Source of the DNA: Acidimicrobiales bacterium
Lineage (GTDB): Bacteria; Actinomycetota; Acidimicrobiia; Acidimicrobiales; Aldehydirespiratoraceae
Reading direction: 5' to 3'
NCBI GenBank assembly: GCA_965116965.1
Contig: OZ220743.1
Coordinates: 3,958,628-4,022,627 of the forward strand
Length of the DNA: 64,000 bases
Below are positions 45,814 through 53,592 of this stretch, piece by piece. How positions within the stretch are numbered: the stretch's first letter is position 1; every line of letters starts with the position of its first letter. The position numbers were made by a program, and so were the translations under genes. The notes under the pieces are model-generated. The model was not told where the DNA came from and searched no databases. It saw only the letters and a list, made by a program, of their open reading frames with translations.

Positions 45814-47412
45814 CTACACGAGACCCTTCTCGCGAGCAGTGAGCCAAATCAAGACCACGGCGTCGGCACACGGCCCGGCGAGCGTTCTCGCTTCACGGGA
45901 CGACAACAGCAGATGCCGGTGGCTGACGAGGTTCCGGGTCGCGACCGCGGCAGCGAGCGTGTTCGCGATGACGTCGTCTCGTTCAGCGCCGACGGCGTGC
46001 GCCGCCTCGGCCAGACGTACGGCAAGCTGGTCGAGGTTCCCCTGCTTGTCCGATGTCTGGCCAGCACTGATCAACTGTCTGAGCGGAGCGAGCCAGGGCA
46101 ACCCTTCACCGAGAGTCATGACGAGTTTGGAGTACGGCATCCCGTGGGGCTTCTCTGATTTCTCGTGCTCGGCCTGTTCGTCGAGGACGCCGCGGGCGAG
46201 CTGTTCGCCCGACAGGGCCAGCAGCCTCAGTCCCCGGTGGAAGAAACCCGGGAATCGATCCCGGCGCAGTTCAGTGAGGCTGTATGAGTAGCGCTGGAGA
46301 CCGGAAAGTACCTCTAACAGATCGCGACGCAGGCAGAACTGCACAATCTCGTCGGGCATTGTGCCGGTGTCGCCGTGCTCGTCGGCGGACGCCGTCACGG
46401 AGCTCTGGTCGAGGATCGCCTTCAGGTTCTCCTTGGCGTCGCGCAGGACAGCCTCGACCGGATCCAACCAGCGCAGCTGTGTAGACAGGCCCGGTCCGAC
46501 ATGCTCCTCGGCAGCGGCGAGGAGGCCATCCCAGTCGTACTCGAACGCGTACCCGGCCAGCTTCTGGGCGTCGAGGAGGTAGTCCTCCGCGTCGTTGGCC
46601 AGCGCGATGCGCTCGTCGCGTCGGTAGGCGTCGATCAGGTGAGTGAGTTCGTGGAGGAACCGGAGGAACGCCGGCTCATCCAGGCCCGAGATCTCCAGGG
46701 ATCGTCGCGCCCAGGTTGTCACGGTCGTATCCAGCCGTTGTTGCGCTGGCTCCGGCAGTGTCACCTCGTCCACGCCGTCGAATGCCTCTTGGAGGGCAAT
46801 CTGGTCCGCTAACAGGAAGCGCTCTAGCGCCTCGAAGCCGTTGGCCATGCCTCGAAGCGACCGTATCGGCTCGGTATTGTCGGGTAGTCGATGCCAGCGC
46901 CACAGATCGTGAGACGAGTCGATGTGTCTCAGGAACCCCGCGTGCGCGTAGTAGTACTTCCGCTGACGGAGCCACTCGACGACATGGACCTGCCAAGGCG
47001 AGTAGTAGCGCTCGACTGTCTCCCGTTGCACGGTGAGCCCGTCCGGGGCCGTCACCGTGACCTTGGCGTCGGCGTCCCACGGCTCGAACGTGGTGCAGTC
47101 CGGAGTCAGCAGGAAGGGATTGTGCTCACGCTCCGCGTCAAACGGGTGCAGGCCATCGGCGCGGGGCCGCTGCAGCCTTCGCAACGCCTCGGGTGGCTCA
47201 AGATCCTCAGGGTTCTCCACCGGCCAGTCGTTGTTTCTCTGGGTCACGGCAAGGAGGTGGGCGGTCGGCTGGTGGCGGACCACCGCTGGCAGCAGCAGGC
47301 AGTGCTTCTCGTAGAACTCCAGTTCGTCATCCTCCAAGCGCTTCACGTTGAGCGACCTCGCGTGGGACTTGAAGCCCCGGAGTTCAATGAAGCGTCGGTC
47401 GTGTCGGTTCAT
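45814..47412 (-). CDS. Hypothetical protein (532 aa) with C-terminal HEPN-like RxxxxH motif
   Basis: This long ORF lies upstream of hsdM on the same strand. Its C-terminal helical region reads ...LAAAVATRNLVSHRHLLLS..., which contains R-N-x-x-x-H spacing as in HEPN RNase motifs. The rest of the protein is unrecognised. Confidence 0.5.
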   Translation of the reverse strand: MNRHDRRFIELRGFKSHARSLNVKRLEDDELEFYEKHCLLLPAVVRHQPTAHLLAVTQRNNDWPVENPEDLEPPEALRRLQRPRADGLHPFDAEREHNPFLLTPDCTTFEPWDADAKVTVTAPDGLTVQRETVERYYSPWQVHVVEWLRQRKYYYAHAGFLRHIDSSHDLWRWHRLPDNTEPIRSLRGMANGFEALERFLLADQIALQEAFDGVDEVTLPEPAQQRLDTTVTTWARRSLEISGLDEPAFLRFLHELTHLIDAYRRDERIALANDAEDYLLDAQKLAGYAFEYDWDGLLAAAEEHVGPGLSTQLRWLDPVEAVLRDAKENLKAILDQSSVTASADEHGDTGTMPDEIVQFCLRRDLLEVLSGLQRYSYSLTELRRDRFPGFFHRGLRLLALSGEQLARGVLDEQAEHEKSEKPHGMPYSKLVMTLGEGLPWLAPLRQLISAGQTSDKQGNLDQLAVRLAEAAHAVGAERDDVIANTLAAAVATRNLVSHRHLLLSSREARTLAGPCADAVVLIWLTAREKGLV

Positions 47413-47614
47413 GGGTCCCAGTCAATCGGGCGAGACTGAGCCGCGTGAGCGAGTGGACCCTGCCACGCGTTCGTCATCCGGGGGCTGGCCAACCCGACCC
47501 GGTGCCTACGAACTGGCAGAGGGGCTGTGGCCGACCTCTCGAAGGGGGACCCGCTAGTGAGTCACGCTGACTCAATGAGGGTCCACCAGAGCCTGCCCAA
47601 TACCCGGTGGGGGC

Positions 47615-48040
47615 TCAGTCTGGTGTGCAGGACTTGTGTTGTGCCGCTGTGTGGCGCACGGCCGCATCAGGATCGTCTGAGAGTCGGCGCAGCGCTGCTG
47701 GCGGGCAGGATGGATGCGCCGCTGCTTTGCGGCGCACCAACGGAGATGGATCTGCAGCGAGTCGCCGCAGCAGGGATCCCGGACAGTTCGGGTCCTCAGC
47801 CGCATGACACCGGTCGTCGTCGTTGGGGCTTCGGGCCAGCTGGTCGAGCGCCTGAGCGGGATCAGGCGCTCGTTCGTTCGGGTCAGCACGGCGTTCGCGC
47901 GCCGTTGCCTCTAGTGCTTGGCGGACCTCGTCGACATCGCAGCCTGTGCTGTGGGCTATTGCCTCTGCGGACAGGGTTGGTGTCGTTCGCTTCATGCGTC
48001 GGATCGTCTTGTTGGTCGCTGCGGACTCGGTGTCGCTCAT
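47615..48040 (-). CDS. Small protein with LRV/HEAT-like repeats
   Basis: The 141-aa ORF contains repeats (...LLRRLAADPSPLVRRKAAAHPSCPPAALRRLSDDPDAAVRHTAAQH...) like those of the 596-aa protein at 50743-52533. It is the last gene of the minus-strand cluster. Confidence 0.55.
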   Translation of the reverse strand: MSDTESAATNKTIRRMKRTTPTLSAEAIAHSTGCDVDEVRQALEATARERRADPNERAPDPAQALDQLARSPNDDDRCHAAEDPNCPGSLLRRLAADPSPLVRRKAAAHPSCPPAALRRLSDDPDAAVRHTAAQHKSCTPD

Positions 48041-48059
48041 TTGTGTTCCTCCTCGGTTT

Positions 48060-49493
48060 TCAGGTTGGGGGGTGTTCAGTGATGTTGATGGTCTGGATCC
48101 AGCCGGGGATTTGGTCGATGCGGTGCTGGTCGGTGAGGGCCGCGATGACGGTGTGTGTGCCGGGGGGTGGGGTGTGGGGCCAGGGGGTCCAGCCGTCGGT
48201 GATGACGATGATGGCGTCGGGGTTGTTCTCTGCGGCGGTGGTGATGCCTGCGGCCATGTCAGTACCGCCTGCGCCGGTGAGGGTGATGTGGTTGGGGTTG
48301 TGGATGTGTTGGTCGGTGTGGACTTCGGTGTCTACTGACAGGACTCGGATGCTGTCGCCGGGTGTGACGGTTGTGATGATGGCTTTGATCTCGGCGAGGG
48401 CTCGGCCTAGTTCGTGGGGGCTCATGGATCCCGACGTGTCGACGACGACGGTGATCGCTGGGCTGGGGCGGGTGAGCGCGGGCCGCAGGACGGGGTCGTG
48501 GGATTGTTGGCGGCGCGAGGGGCGCTGCCAGGTGTAGTCGGCGGTGCCGGTCTTGTGGTGTGCGGCTGTTCGCACCGCGGTGGCGAGCTGTTGTTGCCAG
48601 TTGATTTGCGGGTGCAGTGTCTGGTTGGCCCAGCGTTGGAGCCCTTCGGGCACCGAGTCGGCGCCGTGGTGTTTACGGTGCTGGGTGACGGCGGTGGCGA
48701 CGGCGTGTTTGAGCAGGGTCTGGTCGAGGTCGGTGAGCGGCGGGGTGTCGTCGTGGAGTTCGTGGGGGAGGTGTTGGCTGTGGCTGCCGGATCCGCAGTC
48801 GACATAGATTTCGATAGTGGTGGTGTTGTCGCGCAGGTGCTTCCAGTAGCGCTCGGCGGGCAGGCATTCGTCGAGGTCGAAGAGATCTGGCAGCAGCGCG
48901 GTGTCGTCGAGGAGGTCGTCGTAGTAGAGGTCGTCGTTGATCTCGCAGTCCGCGGCGACGTTCCACAAGATGGCGGTGGCGGCGTCGACGCCGGCGTTGC
49001 GGGCTCTTTGTGCGTGGTCGCGTAGCACGTGGTTGACGGCATGTATGAGCTCTGCGGCGGCCTGCTCGACGGTGAGGGATTCGAGGTGCTGGGAGCTGGT
49101 GTAGATGCGCCAGCCTTCGTCGATGCCTAGCCGCATCGGTGCGGCGGTCGGGACGATGGGGCATGAGAAGACGGCTTTGGAGTAGTAGGGGCGGTTGGCG
49201 GCGATCCACAGCCTGGCTGCTCGCAGGCGCCGCTGGGCCTCACCGCTGAGCCGCTGGGGCCGCCGCGGCGGCGGTGTTGGGGGTTGGGGCGTGTCTGGAT
49301 CGTGATGGTGCTGTAGGACTTCGCGCTCGGTGCCGGGGTGTGGGCTGTGTGCGCCGCCCGGTTCAGCGCCGGGGTGTGGGCTGTGTGCGCCGCCGGGTCC
49401 GGCGCCGGGGTGTGGGCTGTGTGCGCCGCCGGGTCGAACTTGGCGAGGTGTGCGGTGCCGGCGGTGGCGGTGGTGGGGGTCGTGGCGGCTCAT
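48060..49493 (-). CDS. vWA-domain protein with N-terminal metallopeptidase-like domain (DUF2201-type MoxR partner)
   Basis: The start is taken at the internal ATG at 49493, downstream of the MoxR stop. A MIDAS motif is present (VVVDTSGSMSP). The upstream segment reads ...AAELIHAVNHVLRDH...WNVAADCEINDDL. The N-terminus carries three copies of GAHSPHPGxxPG, encoded by a 36-bp repeat. Confidence 0.75.
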   Translation of the reverse strand: MSRHDPHHRHRRHRTPRQVRPGGAHSPHPGAGPGGAHSPHPGAEPGGAHSPHPGTEREVLQHHHDPDTPQPPTPPPRRPQRLSGEAQRRLRAARLWIAANRPYYSKAVFSCPIVPTAAPMRLGIDEGWRIYTSSQHLESLTVEQAAAELIHAVNHVLRDHAQRARNAGVDAATAILWNVAADCEINDDLYYDDLLDDTALLPDLFDLDECLPAERYWKHLRDNTTTIEIYVDCGSGSHSQHLPHELHDDTPPLTDLDQTLLKHAVATAVTQHRKHHGADSVPEGLQRWANQTLHPQINWQQQLATAVRTAAHHKTGTADYTWQRPSRRQQSHDPVLRPALTRPSPAITVVVDTSGSMSPHELGRALAEIKAIITTVTPGDSIRVLSVDTEVHTDQHIHNPNHITLTGAGGTDMAAGITTAAENNPDAIIVITDGWTPWPHTPPPGTHTVIAALTDQHRIDQIPGWIQTINITEHPPT

Positions 49494-49537
49494 GGCGTCT
49501 GCGCTGCGGGATGTCGGGTCGTGTGGATGTTTGGGGG

Positions 49538-50680
49538 TTATGTGTCGGGGTCGAGGAGGCCGGCGTCGGTGAGGATCTCGGCGAAGATCTCGTGTCCGGG
49601 CGGCAGAGCCACCGCGGCGGGTCTGGTGCGGGCGAGGCGCATCGCAGCCGACGCGGCGACGTCGGGGGCTCCGCAGCCCGCGGCGACGATGCACACCTTG
49701 AACGCGTCGCGCCAGGCTTTGGGATCCGCGGCAGCGGCGACCACGACGGCGTCGAGCGCGGCGAGTTGTTGGTCTGTGCGGGACAGTTCACCGAACGCGG
49801 CGGGATGTGCGAGCAGTTCTTTGGGGTCGGGCAGGTCGAGGTTGCGCAGATAGGCCAGGTACTCAGCCGCGGCGCCTTCTCCCACCAGCGCGCATGCCAG
49901 CAGCAGGCGCACGTCGTCGGACACTTCGGTGGTGTCGGCGATGGCGAGACAGTCCGCGAGGCGTTCCCATGACCTTGGCGAGGGCCAGCCCCGCACCTCG
50001 GTGCCGTTGGAGGGGACTTCGCACAACAGGTTCGGGCGGGCGTCGAGGAACGATGTCTGGAGCCATTTGATGATCTCGACGCTGTAGGGGTCCACCGCGG
50101 ACGGGTCGATGTCGGCGGGTGTGGGGTCGGGCCACCCGGTGAGGTAGCCGGTCTTCCAGTCGTTGACGCTGACGGGCCAGTCGAGGTGCGCGAACCGGTT
50201 CGCCAACGGTGCGGAGAGGTCCCAGGCGGCGCTGTTGTGCGCCGGCGGGTTGGCCGCAGCCGCGAACCGCACCTCGCTGCCAAGGTCGAGGTCGCCGACG
50301 CGGCCGTCCAACACGACACGCATCAGCGCGTTCTGGGTGGCGGGCGCGGCGGTGTTGATCTCATCGAAGAACACCAGCGACACCCCGTCACATCCCGCTG
50401 CGGTGTGGGCCCAGGCGGGAGGCTCGAACACCACACCGGATGCGGTGCGCACCGGCAGCCCCGAGAAGTCAGTCGGGTCATGGATCGACGCGATCACCGA
50501 CACCGTGGGCCATCCGGCTTGTTGTGCGAACGCCTCGATAGTGCGGGTCTTGCCGGTGCCGGGGTCGCCCCACAACAGCACCGGAATGTTCGCGGACAGC
50601 AGGATCTGCATCGCGACGAGAGTGTCGCCCTGGGTGGGGCCCGCCGTAGTGGGCGGACTGGGTTGTGTGGTCGCAGCCAT
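49538..50680 (-). CDS. MoxR-like AAA+ ATPase (AAA_5)
   Basis: The 380-aa ORF has a Walker A motif (VLLWGDPGTGKTR) and a Walker B/sensor region (LVFFDEINTAAPATQNALMRVVLDGRV). Confidence 0.85.
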   Translation of the reverse strand: MAATTQPSPPTTAGPTQGDTLVAMQILLSANIPVLLWGDPGTGKTRTIEAFAQQAGWPTVSVIASIHDPTDFSGLPVRTASGVVFEPPAWAHTAAGCDGVSLVFFDEINTAAPATQNALMRVVLDGRVGDLDLGSEVRFAAAANPPAHNSAAWDLSAPLANRFAHLDWPVSVNDWKTGYLTGWPDPTPADIDPSAVDPYSVEIIKWLQTSFLDARPNLLCEVPSNGTEVRGWPSPRSWERLADCLAIADTTEVSDDVRLLLACALVGEGAAAEYLAYLRNLDLPDPKELLAHPAAFGELSRTDQQLAALDAVVVAAAADPKAWRDAFKVCIVAAGCGAPDVAASAAMRLARTRPAAVALPPGHEIFAEILTDAGLLDPDT

Positions 50681-50742
50681 CGTCAGATCCCTTTCTCAGT
50701 CGAGGGTGTGCGCTCCGGTGTGGGCGCCCGTGTTTGGGCGTG

Positions 50743-52533
50743 TCATCTGGCGTCGTACGGGGATGCGGCGCCGGCCGCGGTGCGGGCGGGGGCGTCGGCT
50801 GGGGTGTCGGATGGGGCGGGGTCGCGGGTGCGGCGCCGAGAGGCTGCGGTGTGGGTGCGGCGGCGGCCGGTCTCGGCTGCGGAGGCGGCGCGTACCCAGT
50901 AGTCGACGTCGCGGCTGAGGGTGTCCAGCACCGGCTGCGGGGTGCGGTGGTTGTGGCACACGCAGCACCGCACGTCGCGGTCGTCGTCGGTGGCGAGCTT
51001 GCGCAGCAGTCTTGGCGAGGTGTTGGGGTGCAGCGCGACACCGGCGCGCACCGCGTGGTCCTCATGGGCTGCCAGGGTGCCGAGCTCGCTGCGGGGCATG
51101 TTGGTGTTCTGTGCGGCTGAGCTGCTGACGTCGGGGTCCTTGTCGCCGGTGAGGCCCAGCAGCGTCTCGACCGGCGCCGCGGTGTTGGAGGCGAGGCAGT
51201 GACGTACCCACCAGTAGTCGTCTGCGGCCAACGCTTCGAGCACCCCCGGTGGTGTGTGGGGGTGGAATGCGGCTGCGGCGCGCACCTCTCCGCAGTCGTC
51301 TGTGGCCAGCAGCTCCAGCACCTGCGGCGGGGTCTGCTCGTTGTGCGCGACACCCTGTCGCACCTCAATCTTGGGATCAGTGGCCAGCACAGCCAATGCG
51401 TCGGCTCCGATCGGGCGTGCGGCAACCTCGGCGCGCACCCGTTTGGCCCGGTCACCCACACACGCGGCGACAGGCTCCAGCGGAGTGTTGGCGTTGGCGG
51501 CGGCCGCGGCGCGCACCTGCGAGAACCGGTCTGCCAGCAGCGCCTCAAGCACCTGCGGTGACGTAGAGGGGTTGGCTGCGACGTTTCGGCGCACCCACAC
51601 GTCGGGATCCTCTGCCAGGGTCTCCAACAGCCGCGCCGGTGCCGCCTCGGCGTGCGCCACCGCGGAGCGCACCTGAGACGACTCGTCACCGCACAGCCGC
51701 CGCAGCGCCGATGTCGGCACCTTCGGGTGCCACGCGGCCACATTGCGCACCTCCCAGTCACGACTGCGGGCCAGCACACCCAACAGCGCTGGTCTGGCCC
51801 GGTGGTTCTGGGCTGCCCGCAACCCGGGGTGCCCGGCGCCGATTGTGGGCTGCGCCAGACGGCCCAGCATCCGAGCCGGCGTGCTGGGATTCGATGCGAT
51901 CAGGTCTGTGACCTCGACGTCGCCATAGTGGTCCTCGACGATCCATTCGAGCACCGTGCGCGACACCGCTGGGTCAGACGCCGCGGCCATAGCCGACAGC
52001 CGCGGGTCGCGGTGGCCGGCGAGTCGTTCCCAGAACACCGCCGGCATCTCCGACATCCAATGGGTGTCGCGATCGGAGGTCCGCCATCTGTGGTGATGGG
52101 GCACATGCCATGACCACCAGCCCGCCCCCGGCAACAGGCCCCGCACCAGATTCGAATCCAGCCGCGCCGCCAGCGCATGTCCCAGCCAACGCGACAGGCC
52201 CTCGTCGTTCGCCGACACGCACGCGAACGCGGCCGCTCCGCACAGCTCCGCGGGCACATGCACCCGCCACAGCCGCTCAGGCTCCGCAGCCGCGATCACC
52301 GACAGCCGGTCGTTCAACCACCTCACATCAGCCGGCTCCACCAGACCCGCCTCCAGCGTCGCCGCCAACGCCCGCAACCTCCCCAGCGCGCCGCGCACCC
52401 CACACAGCGCCTCCAACAGACGCACCTCGGCCTCATTGGCGACCACCCAGCCGCCGTCGCCGAGCTCCAACACGCCGCGCGCGCCGCCAACCGACACCAC
52501 CCGGCGAAGCCTCCGGCCGCTCACCGCGCACAC
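50743..52533 (-). CDS. Leucine-rich-repeat-variant (LRV)/HEAT-like repeat protein with unknown N-terminal domain of about 230 aa
   Basis: The ORF is 596 aa from a GTG start. It has more than 10 repeats of the type ...ATDPKIEVRQGVAHNEQTPPQVLELLATDDCGEVRAAAAFHPHTPPGVLEALAADD.... The start codon is uncertain. Confidence 0.65.
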   Translation of the reverse strand: MCAVSGRRLRRVVSVGGARGVLELGDGGWVVANEAEVRLLEALCGVRGALGRLRALAATLEAGLVEPADVRWLNDRLSVIAAAEPERLWRVHVPAELCGAAAFACVSANDEGLSRWLGHALAARLDSNLVRGLLPGAGWWSWHVPHHHRWRTSDRDTHWMSEMPAVFWERLAGHRDPRLSAMAAASDPAVSRTVLEWIVEDHYGDVEVTDLIASNPSTPARMLGRLAQPTIGAGHPGLRAAQNHRARPALLGVLARSRDWEVRNVAAWHPKVPTSALRRLCGDESSQVRSAVAHAEAAPARLLETLAEDPDVWVRRNVAANPSTSPQVLEALLADRFSQVRAAAAANANTPLEPVAACVGDRAKRVRAEVAARPIGADALAVLATDPKIEVRQGVAHNEQTPPQVLELLATDDCGEVRAAAAFHPHTPPGVLEALAADDYWWVRHCLASNTAAPVETLLGLTGDKDPDVSSSAAQNTNMPRSELGTLAAHEDHAVRAGVALHPNTSPRLLRKLATDDDRDVRCCVCHNHRTPQPVLDTLSRDVDYWVRAASAAETGRRRTHTAASRRRTRDPAPSDTPADAPARTAAGAASPYDAR

Positions 52534-52656
52534 CCCCGAAACCGGCTGCGGCGCGCGCGTCGCCGGCGGTGCGCCTGTGCGTCGCTCCGGCCCGACACCC
52601 GTCGCGCCGTCCGCCGCGCAGGCCCGACACCCGACCGGGATCTATATTCCCAGAAC

Positions 52657-52672
52657 ATCAGCATATGCTGAT
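52657..52672. promoter_or_regulatory. Perfect 16-bp palindrome ATCAGCATATGCTGAT in a divergent AT-rich intergenic region (candidate operator)
   Basis: The palindrome was read directly at 52657-52672. It lies between the LRV gene start (52533, minus) and the XRE gene (about 52745, plus), within the AT-rich stretch tctatattcccagaacatcagcatatgctgattatacg. Confidence 0.5.
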
Positions 52673-52744
52673 TATACGTGCACCGGGTCCCGGCGCCACC
52701 ATGGAACACCCCCGAACCCCCCGCGGCGGGTACTGTCACCTGTC

Positions 52745-53077
52745 GTGGCGCCCAAGGCCCCCAGCGGCCCGCATGGCAAGTACCGGCGGCTCAAGCTGCG
52801 CAGCCAACCCAAAGACCACCTCATCGCGGGCCACGCCTGGCCCCACGGACGCCTCACCCCGGCCGCGCCCAAAGAGGCCCGCCTGGTCCAAGAGCTCGTC
52901 AAACGCCTCAAAGAAGCCGTCGCGGACCGCAGCCTCGAGGAGATCGAACACCTAAGCGGAGTCAACAAGACCTCCATCAGCCGCCTGCTGAGAGGCGAGT
53001 CATGGGGCACGCTGCCCGTCATCGCCCGACTCGAACACATCCTCGACACCGACCTCTGGGGCAACGAACACCGATAA
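52745..53077 (+). CDS. XRE-family helix-turn-helix regulator
   Basis: The C-terminal 60 aa read ...RSLEEIEHLSGVNKTSISRLLRGESWGTLPVIARLEHILDTDLWG, a Cro/C1-type HTH. The start is provisionally placed at the in-frame GTG at 52745. The long track ORF (from 52436) runs through the promoter and the LRV gene. Confidence 0.6.
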   Translation: MAPKAPSGPHGKYRRLKLRSQPKDHLIAGHAWPHGRLTPAAPKEARLVQELVKRLKEAVADRSLEEIEHLSGVNKTSISRLLRGESWGTLPVIARLEHILDTDLWGNEHR

Positions 53078-53078
53078 G

Positions 53079-53192
53079 CCCCACCATCGGGCAGCATCCC
53101 CACCATCGGGCAGCATCCCCACCATCGGGCAGCATCCCCACCATCGGGCAGCATCCCCACCATCGGGCAGCATCCCCACCATCGGGCAGCAG
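53079..53192. repeat. Tandem array, 19-bp unit CCCCACCATCGGGCAGCAT x6
   Basis: By manual indexing the units start at 53079, 53098, 53117, 53136, 53155 and 53174; the last unit ends in G instead of T. The array begins 2 nt after the XRE stop codon. Confidence 0.9.
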
Positions 53193-53230
53193 CCGCGGGC
53201 GACCAACCGGCAGCGGCCGTCCGTACCTTT

Positions 53231-53398
53231 GGCGTGTATGCGCAACCGCGCGGCGTGCGTTTGCAACGGCCCGGCGGGTATACGCAACCGCTCGGCGGGT
53301 ATACACAACGGCCCGGCGGGTATACGCAACCGGTCGGCGGGTATACACAACCGCTCGGCGGGTATACGCAACCGGTCGGCGGGTATACGCAACCTCTG
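53231..53398. repeat. Tandem array, 21-bp unit GGCGGGTATACGCAACCGnTC x8 (iteron-like, GTATAC core)
   Basis: Units occur every 21 bp from 53231. The first two are degenerate (GGCGTGTATGCGCAACCGCGC and GGCGTGCGTTTGCAACGGCCC). The other six each carry GTATAC. Confidence 0.9.
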
Positions 53399-53592
53399 GG
53401 GGCAGGACGGCAACCGGGGGTGGTATCGCCCCCGAGATCGCTGCGATGATGCTGTCCGCGGTGCGCTCTGAGATTCCCGCCGTGGTGGTGGACGGCGATT
53501 CCACGCGGCATGGCCCTACGTGTGGGCTCTTCGGGGTCGCGACGCAGCCGAGACCGGGTGGCCGACACTGGTTTGGTGTTCGCTGTGGTTGG

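Noticed and set aside
53234-53449. Track ORF encoding GGYTQPx heptad repeats across the 21-bp array.
   Set aside because: The 21-bp period makes any frame look like a heptad protein, and the opposite strand is open too. There is no ribosome-binding site or flanking domain. The palindromic GTATAC cores fit DNA-binding sites better.
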